A model generated the notes under the pieces. That model did no database searches. It was not told where the DNA came from and saw only the letters and a list, made by a program, of their open reading frames with translations. This document shows positions 51,611 to 64,000 of a DNA stretch of 64,000 nucleotides, one piece after another. A program made the position numbers and the translations under genes. Every line of letters begins with the position of its first letter. The first letter of the stretch is position 1. The DNA is from Camelus dromedarius (Eukaryota), in assembly GCF_036321535.1 (NCBI RefSeq), contig NC_087436.1, forward strand, positions 55,306,001-55,370,000, in the 5' to 3' direction.

Positions 51611-53027
51611 TAAGTCAATACACAATCTATACCTTTAGTATTAACTCAATGCTCCAAATTGATCCTGGGATATAATTTCAGTGTTCACCTTTGATACTGT
51701 TTTCTTGTGTAATTAATTTAAAGTAATTAAATACTTTGTTTACAACTTATCCATTTATAACAAATATATGTATTATACATTGCATTAAAATGAATTTGGC
51801 ATAACAATCTTCAGTATTCTCATAATTAATTATATAATTATATTACATGCTATGAAAAATAACTGAATTATTTTTTAAATTTCCTAAGGAGATTCCAAAA
51901 TTGTATATTAAAATGAAAGTTTGATAAATAATTCTCAAATACTCTCGAAGGAAAAAAAGTACCTGGCTTTTCTTATCTACTCACTCCATGATTTTATTAG
52001 TCCTGTCAAAAAAAGAATTGCTAAATTGCTATTTAAGTCTTGAGACTTTGCCTTTGAGTTTCAGTAAATGGGTGTAAATGAGTTCATGTTTATTTTTCTT
52101 TTCTATAGTTTCCAAATGTTCTCTTGTATTATGATTTTACATTCTGGCACAATAGATGAAAGTAAATGAGGAAGTGCCGTCCGATATCTTTTTTCAGCAT
52201 CTGTGGCTTTCGAATGCTCCCTATTCAGTTCCATCCTCACTGCACTGCCTCATATGTTCTACCCTGTTTGTCTGAGTCTCCCCTGATTGTGAATCTCCTC
52301 AAAGCCCAGTATTAACTATCAATTCTATGTACAGAAAGATATGGCTTGAAGAGTTCAAAAGTACAGCTCTTTGCACTGGGCCAAAAATGATTGTGCTTAG
52401 TTGCAGGTCTCATTTTAATTATCAGATCATCAATATTGAAGAGACAGCAGGCTATTTTTATGATTCTTAAGCCAGAGTTGGATTTGCTATTAGTTTTATT
52501 GAACATTTGCAGGATGGTGCTACCAGTAAGGGAGGATGCAGAATTCAGAGCTGCTATAAAATTTGCTCTAAAAATACAAATAAAGCAGTAAGTAGGGTAC
52601 ATGCAATGGTTTTGAGCCCTAAGATAGGTAATATTTAAATATTAACATCAACAACCTTCTTGTAAGTTTGAAACATAAATCATGGATAGTAGCCCCAATC
52701 TTCTTACAGGAAAAGGAAGGTTGTCTATAAGCCATTATGCAGTACTGCTTCTAAACATAAACAAGTAGGAATTTTAGTTATAAGGTAAATGTGTAAGGAA
52801 ATATAAATGTGTAATGAAATATACATCTTTAGATATAAATCATTTTTTTCCCTAAAGACACAAAGTTAAATTGAATGATCTCTCTGAAGTGCCAAGATAT
52901 AAAAGACTAGCTAGGTCAAACTTCAGTGCTAGAACAAGATGTGAATTTACAATGGAAAATATTACAGAACAGTTGCATGATTCCTAAAACTCTTACCCGC
53001 ATTAGAGAATGAAAATTTCTCCAGGTT

Positions 53028-53660
53028 TGTGGTGGCCCTACACCGTCTCACCTTGGTTAACCTAGATCTACATTTCCTAGAAATTCCTTACCTATATGGT
53101 TTCAGGCCACACAGGCCATGGGAGAAATGTACAAGGTATTTAGAAGGCAGACATAAGGGTAGAAGGAAGGCTTGACCCTGAAGCTGTGAAGGTCGATGCA
53201 GGGCTAGGCAGGTTTTGCATCCATAGTTGCTGCAAAAAGCTAGTTAGCAAAAAGCTATTTACAAACCCTTAACTCCTCCAGACCCTTCTGGATCTTCTCC
53301 TTCAGCTACTTCAAGTCCTTGGTCAAATGTGTGTGTGTAATTCCAGGCCCCAGAGTGCCTTTTTACCTTGCAAGTTACCAATGGCAACAAAGTTGTAGGT
53401 AATGAGCCTGCCCTGGTTTATAGTTTGTCATGGGGGTCCCTGCTCATCCTTGCAAGGTCCAGTTTGTCTTTGTTCTCATCCATGTCCAGCTCTCCTTTTT
53501 GATGGCCAGTCTGGCTGAGTTATAGTAACTCTAAGATCATCACCAGATCCAAGACAAGAGAGTGTTTTTCCAGTTCCTACAATTGAATGCTCCCTGCAAT
53601 ACATCACTTACTCTGTATCTCTATTAGCAGTGTCCCTCCTCTGATCAAACTCAGACCAGT
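53028..53660 (+). mobile_element. LTR52/LTR41-like ERVL solo LTR
   Basis: TGTGGTGGCC...CTACATTTCCTAGAAATTCCTTACCTATATGGTT...ATTTAGAAGGCAGA; ends ...CTGATCAAACTCAGACC. Confidence 0.65.
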
Positions 53661-53689
53661 GCAAGTAGTAAAAGAAAGAGGGCACATCT

Positions 53690-54160
53690 CTCAAAATTGA
53701 GAGCCCCTCAACTACAGGGAAAGGGGTTAAGGAAAATCACTAAAAAAAAAAACCCAAAAGTGCTCTGCCTCCAAGAAAGAGTGTGCCTTCTACCTCAGCC
53801 AAGCCCAGAAAGCAGTTTGATTGGTACTTGCCCATGACTGCAAGCATGCAGGCTTTTCATCTAGCACAGTCTACTGGATAAAAGAGGAGGAACTGTCATT
53901 TTGTCTGAAGTTGGAAACTTCGGCTGTTAAAATATAGGACTGGGTGTTCGTTGTACTGAAATAAGACTGCTTTGTGACATCAGGTGACAGCAAGTTGAAT
54001 TAGCTAAGAGTTAGCAGTAAAGCCATGGGTGCCTAAATTTTTACCAAGTGAGAGGTGAAAATTTACTCCATTGAGCAAAGTTCAGAGGACAGAGTGGTAA
54101 GGTATTAAACATGGTTTTGACTGCCTCCCACTGGTTGTGCTTGTTCACTATTCGTTGCAC
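53690..54160 (+). mobile_element. LTR78-like ancient LTR
   Basis: 3' part GAGCAAAGTTCAGAGGACAGAG...GGTTTTGACTGCCTCCCACTGGTTGTGCTTGTTCA resembles the LTR78 terminus as I recall it. Confidence 0.45.
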
Positions 54161-55699
54161 CAGTAAACTTGCTTTCTTTACTTCCCAGGTGTTTGTTTAC
54201 TTCCCTATATGCCTGTTCAGCTTCTTCCTCTTTTCCAGTAATTTTCTTAACTTTTGTGTTTTCTGCTTTGCACTAACATCGTTATCTATTTGCAAATGTC
54301 TCCTTACGCAATTCAATTTTTAAATTCAAAATCTATTTTCTTTACATTCAGTGACAAAAAGGCAAAGTTCCAGCATCAAAGAAAAATTACTAGTCAAAAG
54401 ATTTGAGATTGTTTACTCTTAGAAGGAGATGGAAATAACCATGATCCTTTTTGGAAAGCACTAGGCTATGAGGCTGCTTTGAATAAAACACCTGTTTCCA
54501 ATTTAACCACTGCAGGTTCATGATGAGTGTGCTAATATAATATTACCAGGACTTTTAGAGAGCACAGCCTGACAGAGAGAGCATGAGAATTTATTTCTTA
54601 GTTAAGTTTAAATCCTAAAGGAAAAAAAGCTTAAGAAAATGCCTGAAAGTGGTTTTTTTTTAATTCACAGTAAACTAGTGTGATTCAAAGCATCAACAAA
54701 AATATTATACAATATATGACTATCAAAACTTCTAATATGAAAGACCACTAAATATGGGCAAACAGCTTCATCTTTGGCCTGCTTATGTGACAAGTTAATA
54801 AATTCTGTGTGATTCCATTTCCAACTTAGTGATTGGTTTATGGTGGCAAAATTAGATCCTCCTTTCAAAGAATTATTTTGAAATAGAAGTTTAAATATAG
54901 AATAAGGCACAGAAATGTTAAGTGAAAAATGGAAAACAGCTGTGAAAGGAGATTTATGTTAGCTTTCTGCTCTACTCTCACTGCCCACTCTGGATAGCCC
55001 AGTCCTGTCCTGTAGGGTAGTAAGAATGGCAGAGAAATCATCTACGCACAGGCTGCTGCAGATGCTCTAATGTAAAGCCAACTTGAAAAGTTACCGGTAG
55101 AGCAAGGTTCTCTGACTTAGTAAGGTTAAATGAGTTGCAAGTGCTATCATTTGGCAGTGTTGAATGTGCAGTAATGAAGAAATTATTGAATAAAGGAGAA
55201 AGTACCTATATTAAATAGTGGATACAAAAAGAATGAGCTCAAGAGAAAATCAACAGGACAACCATATTTGAAGAGAGAGACAGAGAGCGAGAGCGAGCGA
55301 GAGAGAGAAATCAAAGAGAAACAGGCAGAAACTGTAAACTATTCACATAAAATTGAGTGAGTCTAATATTAAATGGAAATTTACTTAAGAAGAGTTAAGT
55401 TTTCTGTAAAGACAGAGATGCCCATTCTCCACTCCGGTTACCCTGGCAACATGACTTCTTTCTTACAATAATGCCATTATAATAAGAAAGAAAATGAACA
55501 AAAATGATATGAAAAGTGATTAGAGGGCAGCTCTCAATCCACCTCAGAAATACTTGGGGGAAAATTTCAAAGCTATTTGTTACAAAAGAAGTGAAATCAT
55601 GAGGAAATTCACTGAATTGGGCAAAGACCAGTAGAATGTGTTACCTTCAAACGTTTCCTGTATTTGTGTGCTGCACAGTTCCAACCAAACAGAAAACCT

Positions 55700-56256
55700 A
55701 CCTGCATTGCCATATGCTTGAGGATCCACAGTGTGGTCTCCTTCCAGCTGCATCTACCCATGTGAACTGAGGCATCCCTGGGGCCACTGGGATACATGCA
55801 CTCAGTGCCCCACACATCACCTTTCAGACCATGGTACTGGTTCCTGTGCACTGGAATTCTGTATCCGAATGGTTCCTAGTGTATGTCCACAGCCTGCCTG
55901 GATCTTATTTAGGGTGGATTACCTAGGCTGTTGTGGGTACCTCTAGGCTCAAGTGTCCGCCAAGGGTAGGTGGTTTGTGGAGACTTGGGACAGATTTGTT
56001 AGTCCAGGCTAGGGTGCTTGTCCCAACAGTATAGGACTGAGCGAGGGCTGGAGGAGAAGTACGCTGCACAGCCACATTTAGGCACTAAACTCTGTCCTTC
56101 CAGGTAATTTTGAGGAGTGATTTTTTTTCAAAGTAGGAGATTAGAGCATATTTAACTCCTTGTTGTTTTGAGTTTAATGCAACATTTACATATTTAGGTA
56201 TATGAAATTTAAGCCTCCATTTCTGCTCTTGATCTTGCAAATGTCAAGGGAGGCCT
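55700..56256 (-). mobile_element. MER96/FordPrefect-like hAT-Tip100 DNA transposon fragment
   Basis: Reverse complement of the right end (AGGCCTCCCTTGACATTTGCAAGATCAAGAGCAGAAATGGAGGC...ATATACCTAAATATG...AAATATGCTCTAATCTCCTAC) resembles the MER96/FordPrefect terminus; GC-rich interior. Confidence 0.65.
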
Positions 56257-57341
56257 AATGCTGCATGTCATAGATAATTGCACTTACATCTGTGTTGACA
56301 ATTCTTTTTCTCTGTCAGTGCTTTAAATGTAACAATGAACAGTAACTTATGCACATTATTTCTAAGCATTACCTAGAAAATCTGTACATACAGAATTAAG
56401 ATAATTCATCTCATTTTTATGCATACATGAAATTGCCTTGGGCCTTCTATGCATACTGTCATCAAGGATCAGAAAAACGAACAGACCAGGAGCCAAGGGA
56501 GAAGGTATTTGTAGAGGAAGATGCATGAATCTTTTTAAAGCTCTGTTAAAGAATGAGGCACATGAGTTAGTATTATGGATATATCTCATGCAAGGTGCAC
56601 ATTTTTAAAACATCATATTATTTTGACATTTTTAATCCTAAAAAAGTGACTGAAAAAATGTGACCTAATGCTTCACAATAGACTTCTTTTGTTCACAACT
56701 TCTTTTTTGTTTTACGTGAATAACTACTCGTATTTTTAAAATACTGTCCCTACTATTTGATTAAAGAGACAATGGATGTGAAAGCATTTTTAAACGATAT
56801 TATATAAATGTAAACACTTTTATATGTTAAAATAAATAAATACAGCATATAATACATGTATACATATACAGTGAAACAGTACTATATAAATATAAACACT
56901 GACCTAATTATAGTGAACATTTATGAAAATGTCATTGAGCTCAATGTTGCATCTTGCTAAGTAAAGCTAAGACATGTCTAAGGTACATAAACTGAAAGTC
57001 CAAATCTGTTTTTCCCTCACATTTGATTTTCGTGTTTAATACATTCTTCCTTGTGCAAGTTGTTTGTGTATTTATGTAGTATCTACCTTTTAGAGTCAAG
57101 TTCAATAATAGCACAATGTCATTCACCAAAATGTCTCAGAAGGCTAAGTGACACATCCACGGCAGGGCTCTGCGAGTCATGATGACCAAGCACGGAGAAG
57201 ATCCCTGTTCAGTGGAAGCTTGCAGTCTAGTTGGGGAAAGGTCATGAAGCAACCCTGTATATTAACAAACATTTATAATTTCACTGATTCAGATAAGTGC
57301 TTTGTGAGAAAGGAAAGTGATCTAAAAGAGCATCTGGTAAA

Positions 57342-57500
57342 GCAGTGGTTCTCCAGCTTTAGCACACACCATGATCCTCTGGAGGGCTTGTTAAAACACA
57401 GATTACCAGACCCTAACTCTAGAGTCTGATTTTGCACATTTAACTACTTCCCAGGTGAAGCTGGTGCTACATGCCTGGGGACCAAAATTTGAGAAATAGT
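57342..57500. mobile_element. MER5A hAT MITE
   Basis: CAGTGGTTCTCCAGCTTTAGC...CTGGAGGGCTTGTTAAAACACAGATT...CCCAGGTGA...GGGACCAAAATTTGAGAA. Confidence 0.88.
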
Positions 57501-59089
57501 CATAAAGAAACCTCACCTAGATTGGGAGATGATGGCTCTTATATTTGTATCCAGCACGCAAAACAACGTGAGCTCAGCAAGTGCTGATTTCACTTAAGTG
57601 CTTCCTGTAACATGCCCCACTTACCAGGGATTGCATTCCTCTTATGACCATCTCTATAGGAGTGATCCTGAATTTATTATAATAAGCACAATCAATTGAG
57701 CAGAAAAACAACAGGTGGTAGTTTTATGACCAGAACTAAAATCTCTATACTTCTCCTTTCTTCTTTGGTTATTGTCATTTATAAAATTGTATTTTAAGTG
57801 ATAGGAAGTGCAGGAAATTTTCTGTGAGAGAAAATGAAGAATGGTAATTACTATAATGGAAGCAATAAGCAATTACAACAGAACAAAAGGCATATAATAT
57901 AAGAAAAGAAAGTTAAATAAAACACTATGCCAAAAAGTCATTGGTGTACAACTTATAGTTTAGTTTAAGCTGAGGAAATTGTATGAAGCAATCACTAGAC
58001 ATTGCATACATTTGAAATGTCCGTATTTCAAAATATTGCAAGCTACACCAAAATGTTTAAATGGCAGATAATTTATATTTGTAATATATTGTTCCAAGCT
58101 ACCCTATATTTTTACCTTTGAGTAGGTATCATCCTACTCAAGCTGAAAAATTAAATATTAAGTATTAAAACAAACTGAAAAATTAAGCATTATACAAATA
58201 TAATACTGTATCAAGGACTTATGACTAATCTTATAATTATATAGATGGAACTATAGCTTAAAATTCAAAGTGGTTGTAATTTTATGATAGTATTTGTTTT
58301 ATACACATTTTCATATTAACAAAATGATGAATGATTATAACAAAAATTTTAGAGATAAAATTGTACATGTTTCAATAAATTATTCACTAGTTTCCCTCTA
58401 GGCCACAACTACACAATACAACAACACTATAATTTTCAAGTAATGGAATAAATGACCTTTGTATGCATTTAAAAGAAGCTATTCCTAAATGTTCCCTTCA
58501 GGCTAAATTGAATCAAAATTCTTTAGCCAGATATTTTTGAAGATTTTATTGGCTTCCATAAAAATCAAGCTTTTTGGGTTTTTTGCTTGTTTAATCCTAA
58601 AAACCAACTGTGAAAAATTGTGATCTAATGCTTCTCAAACATAGTTTTGCTCAAAGGATGTTGGCTTTAGGAAAGAATTGAAAGTAGTAGATATGAGTTA
58701 GCCGGAAATGATTGATGGATTGACTTCTTATGATCACATCTCACCAAAATTTTACTGTATGTACAAAAATGTAAAGATACCAATATGAAATAGGCCATAA
58801 TTGATGCCATTCACATATATACTGGATAACTAAATAAAAGCAAGCATGGTAATAATTTCTGTGCTTTTGGTACGATTTCTGTTTCCTCTTGTTACAAAAA
58901 TTTACAGGAAAAAATGGCTGAACGAATACATGCAGACCTTCTAATTTTGACTGATTAACTTTCCTTTTCTATCAAAGCATGACCCTGAGGGAGTTGGGAT
59001 AAAATACAATTAGAAATCATGGGACTTAAATTATGATGAATTTTCATGTAAGTAAACGTCCTAAAAGAGGTAGCAGAACTTACCGATAT

Positions 59090-59322
59090 TAGTGAAATGG
59101 TGGTTACAAGACTCAGCTACATCACCATCTCCAGGAAATTGTTTCTTGACCCTATCTGTTGAGTTAGAGGGGATTATGGTTCCTCCTCTGTTCAGTAGCA
59201 CCCAGTGCTTGACTCTGCTATGGTCTAGCTCACTAAGTATTACTGACAGTTCTCAGTCACTTATCTCTTTGCTCCTTTGAACTGTGAACTCCTAAGAGAA
59301 AGTTAATGTCTTGTTCATTTTT
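59090..59322 (+). mobile_element. L2 3' fragment
   Basis: CATCACCATCTCCAGGAAA...ACTGTGAACTCCTAAGAG...TGTCTTGTTCATTTT. Confidence 0.6.
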
Positions 59323-59348
59323 CCTCCTTTTTATTTTATTTCTTATTC

Positions 59349-60650
59349 AGATTTTTTTTTTAATTTTTAGAGCAGTTTCAAATTCAAAGCAAAACTGGGG
59401 AGAAGATACAGAGATTTCTCATTTACCCCCTTACCCCACAGGTGAATAGCCTCCCTCATTATCAACATCACGGAACAGAAAGATACATTTTTTTTACCAA
59501 GGATGAACCTATTTTGACACATCGTAATCATCAAAGTCCCTAGTTTACATTACAGTTCATTCTTCTTGTTGCACATTTTATATGGATTTGGACAAATGTA
59601 TCATCATTATGGTATTGTAGAATGTTTTAATTGCCCTAAATGTCCTCTGTGCTCTGTATTCATCTCTCCTTCCAAAGCCAAGCCCCTGGAAAGCACTGAT
59701 CTGATCTTTTGTTCTCTCTATAGTTTTGCCTCAACCAGAAGGTCATACAGCTGGAATCATATAGTATATAGCCTTTTCAGTTTGACTTCTTTCACTTGGT
59801 GATATGCATTTAAAGTTCTTCCATCTTTTCATGGCTTGATAGTTCATTCTTTCTAGCGCCAGGTAATATTCCATTGTCTGTATGCACCACAGTTTATTTA
59901 TCCATTCACCTACTGAAGGACAGCTTGATTGTTTCCAAGTTTTGGCCAATTATGAATAAATCTGCTATAAACATCCGTGTATAGGTTTTTGGGTAGACAT
60001 AACTTTTCAACTCCTTTGGGCAACTCCTAAGGAGCACAACTGCTGGGTCATATGGCAAGAATATGTTTACTGCCAAACTGTCTTCCAAAGTGGCTGTACC
60101 ATTTTGCATTCCCACCAGAAACAAATGAGAGTACTGTTGCTTCATATGTTCACCAGTACTTGGTGTTGTCAGTGTTTTACATTTTGGGCTATTCTAAAAG
60201 GTGTGTAATGGTATCTCATTGTTGTTTTAACTTGCATTTCCCTGATGACACAATGCTTACTTGCCATCTGCACACCTTATTTGAAGAGGTGTCTGTTGAG
60301 GTCTTTGGCTCATTTTTATATTGGGATATTTGCATTCTTATCATTGACTTTTAAGTGTTTTTTTGTGTATGTTGGATAACAGACCTTTATCAGATATGTC
60401 TTTTTGCAAATATTTTCTCCCCATCTGTAGATGCTCTTAATCTCTTGGTAGTGTCTTTTGCAGAGAAGAATTTTTTAATTTTAATAAACTCTAGCTTATT
60501 ATTTTTTTTCATGGATAATGCTCTTGGTGATGTATGTAAAGTCACCACTATACACAAGAGCATCCAGATTTTCTCTTGTGTTATCTTCCAGATGTTTTAT
60601 TATTTTACATTGTACATTTAGGTCTGTGATCAATTTAAAGTTAATTTTTA
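59349..60650 (-). mobile_element. L1MC1/2-type 3' end and ORF2 C-terminus
   Basis: TTTTTAGAGCAGTTTCAAATTCAAAGCAAAACTG...TCACCTACTGAAGGACA...CAAAGTGGCTGTACCATTTTGCATTCCCACCAG. Confidence 0.9.
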
Positions 60651-60654
60651 AAAT

Positions 60655-61624
60655 TTACTTTTTATTTTTATATAATTTTGAAAGGTTGCTTTTCATTTAC
60701 AGTTATTACAAAGTATTGGCTGTATTCCCCTCATTGTACAATACGTCTTTGAGCCTATCTTACACCAAATAATTTGTACCTCATGTCCCCCACCCTTATA
60801 TTACTCCACTTCTCCCCTGGTAAACACTAGTTTGTTCTCTCTGTGAGTCTGCTTCTTTTTTGTTATATTCACTAGTTTGTTGTATTTTTGATTCCACATA
60901 TAAATTATATCATACAGTATTTGTCTTTCTCTTGACTTATTTCACTTAGCATAATGCCCCCCAAGTCAATCCGTGTTGCTGCAAATGACAAAATGTGTTT
61001 TTTTGGCTGTGTGGTATTCCTTTGTGTATGTATATTACATGTTTTTTATCTATTCATCTGTTGATGGACACTTAGGTTGCTTCCATGTCTTGGCAAGTGT
61101 AAATTAATGCTGCTAGGAACACTGAGGTGCATGTTCTTTTTGAATTAATGTTTTTGTTTCTTTTGACTATATACTCAGGAGTGGAATTGCTGGGTCTTAT
61201 GGTAGTTCTATTTTTAGTTTTTGGAGAAACCTCCATACTGCTTTCCACAGTGTCTACACCATTTTACATTCTCACCAGCAGTGTACAAGGGTTTCCTTTT
61301 TCCCACATCCTTGCCAACATTTGTTATTTGTGTTCTTTTTTTTTTTTTTTTTTTTGATGATAGCCATTGTGACAGGTGTGAGATGATATCTCATTGTGGA
61401 TTTGATTTGTATTTCCCTGATGATTAGCAATATTTAGCATCTTTTTATGTGTCTGTTGGCCATCTGCATTTCTTTTTTTTGAAAAATGTCCATTTGGTTC
61501 TTCTGCCCATTTTTGAATCAAGTTACTTGAGTTTTTTTGATACCAAGTTGTATGAGCTGTCTATATATATATGTTGGATATTAAGCCTTTATCAACCATA
61601 TCACTTGCAAATATTTTCTTCCAT
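60655..61624 (-). mobile_element. Cetartiodactyl-type L1 3' end
   Basis: TTTACAGTTATTACAAAGTATTGGCTGTATTCCCC...GAGTGGAATTGCTGGGTC...TTGCAAATATTTTCTTCCAT. Confidence 0.9.
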
Positions 61625-64000
61625 GTGTGTGATCAGAGACTATAAAGGAAATCTCTAACTTTCCCTCAATTTTAAGGTGAATATAAAGCTGCTCTAAATA
61701 AATAATGTCTTAATTCTTTTTTTAAGTAAATTAATAAAGTGAATTGAGAAAAATGGAAGGAGGTCGATAAGAGGGAACTCTGTTAAGTTACAGACAAAAG
61801 TGATAATTTGAAGAAAAATGTGGTTAATGTTAGTACTCAGGTAAAATAGCAGAAACTCTTAATATGTTGTTCCAGGTAAAGATTGAACTCTAAGATTCTC
61901 AGAAACTAAAGTGAAGGGAGAAACAATCTTAAGATTCAGAGTAAACATAAAATAAAAATAATCTTTCTGATTTTTTAAAATTAAAGTCTAGATAGTTTTC
62001 CCTGATGCCTCTTGAAGAGAACACTGTGTGATACAATGGACATCATCCCTTAAAAATCCGTAAAATTATTATAAAGGCAAACTTCATATGATGGCTCCTA
62101 CAGCGTTCTTCAGTCTAAGCTGAACACATGATGCCACAGGAAAGTCCAATAAAAGCAATTGGTCAAGAAGCTGAAGCACTGAAATCTAGATGCAATTCTC
62201 AGAGACACTGGCTTTCTCTAAAAGTACTATTCTCAACATAAAGGGTGATAATTGATTCAACACATCTTCCAAAAGCAACCTCATTAATAGCAACCATAGT
62301 TTTTTGTTTCATTTTTATTTATTTTTTTGATATTGAGGAACAAAGAGTATGAGATTATAGTCTGTGGTAATCATAGACTCAGTAGTCATTCCATTGATTA
62401 AAGACAGGCCCATGTGTCTTATAATCAGTTAACGGTGGTTGATATTTGAAAAGAAAATTCGATTTCAAAGCATGGAATTTAGTCTAAAGGGCCAGCCCAT
62501 ACTTGCATGAGGATAGCAAGAGAAAATATTCAAGACCTGGTGTTTCCTTGGCAAATAATTCTGTATCTACTTCAACATAAAAATAAATAAGTGATTGATG
62601 ATTTAAAAACTTTGACCACACTAGATGACCTCAATAATTTTTCCCTGAACCATTTTCATAGCAATATTATCAGTCACTCACCACGGCCTATAAACATTGC
62701 ATTTTAAGCAATTTGACTTCTTGGTGAGCAATTAGAAACTAAGTTAGTTATAAAATATACCTTGAGGTAACTAAACATGGTAGCATGCTGGATACAGTTG
62801 TTGGATATGAGCCAATTAGACACTGGAGAACTTGTGCCAAAAACTGATTTCAGCTGTAGAGTATTTGCTACTAAGTCATTCCATGTGACAGCAAGTGCCA
62901 GCTACTAGATCATGATGTAAAGTCATATCATCAACATGTTGCAGAATGCATATGGCTTCACCGTCTAGAGCAGTGGCAACCATTCATAGAGTTTATCTGA
63001 GGGCTATGTTAAGTCATTAATCCAAAGCTAAAGAGAAAGGATGTTAAAAACTTTGATTTTGAGAAATTGGGATTTGGTATATTTTTCAACATTATATCAC
63101 CAGCAGTTTCATCAGTAATAAAATTATGTATTTATATGTTACACTCAACTACATCGTGTGCATTATAGTAAATAGAATTCAATATGCTGCTTGAAAGTGA
63201 AAGTTATATGGGCAAAGATATAATGGTGTAAATCACTTGAAGTCTACAAATTCAGACAAAATTTAGCATAATCTATTTTTTTCTGTTTTTCAACCACCCA
63301 TCCTTAGTGAATGTTTATATTTTGTCATGTCTCAGCAGAAATAAAGGCAAATATTTCCCTATGATTGAATCTGACAAGAAATACAAGAAGAGTAAAATAT
63401 CTAAATTGTATTTTTATCACTTAAAGAAAAAAATAATTTTTTCTTGCAATTGAAATTATTTTAGAATAAGAACAGTTTTCTAAATAATAGTTACTTTCTT
63501 ATGACTCTTTTTGTAAGTTAGAGGACATGACACTCAGATAAAAGAATCAAGAAAGTCTAGAATAGGATCATTTTCTGCAATAAACTTAAAAAATCATAAC
63601 AACTTGCCAGATATTATTCCTCATAAACAGTTATTTGGAGAGCTAAAATTGTGTAATACAGGCATAAAATTATTCATCTTATGTTGACAATGTAGAAAAT
63701 ACTTGAAATAGCTCATCATTCCCCAATCCCTTATCCATTAAGCCTAGACATCTATATATAGCCAATGAGTTTAACTTAAGGAGACTGGTACTGGGCTAGT
63801 CTGTACCAAATAATATCCTGACTGGACCACAATCCAGACTTCGTAGAATGAGGGGAAGTAGGTAAATAGAAAGCAGCATCTGCTCTGTCTCCTAAATGAA
63901 GCTGGTGTAGCAGAGGTTTCCATATGAATGATAATATTACGGAAGCATTAAAACATAATTGAATTGCTTTCAGTACAATTACCCCTGCAAATGTGCTTTG

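Noticed and set aside
1..64000. CRISPR arrays, operons, rRNA or tRNA genes, intact retroviral genes
   Set aside because: None seen: the DNA is mammalian and repeat-laden, with no regularly spaced repeats, cloverleaf structures or gag/pol/env frames that I could detect.

Overview
AT-rich mammalian non-coding DNA with no protein-coding gene or exon I can recognise. The supplied ORFs are short chance frames, many inside repeats. Much of the window is interspersed repeat: ancient and lineage-specific L1 pieces, L2, MIR, about ten ERV/MaLR LTRs, hAT DNA transposons (a decayed Charlie-type transposase, MER3, MER5, a MER96/FordPrefect-like element) and microsatellites. The youngest L1 3' ends are of cetartiodactyl type. 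I saw no ruminant, whale or pig SINEs, so a camelid genome is likely (inference). The best-supported points of interest are retrotransposition scars: (1) a 33-nt tailless U2 snRNA retrocopy with a perfect 12-bp TSD inside an MLT2 LTR; (2) an L1 with a three-monomer 5'UTR whose ORF1 is fused directly to late ORF2; (3) a twin-priming 5'-inverted L1; (4) a young solo ERV1 LTR with a 4-bp TSD; (5) a 32-bp template-switch-like palindrome. Two RFX X-box matches and a few splice-site-bounded exon candidates are listed as speculative. I found no evidence of a new biological system. All repeat family names come from my memory of consensus sequences, not a database search, and the boundaries of old elements are approximate.
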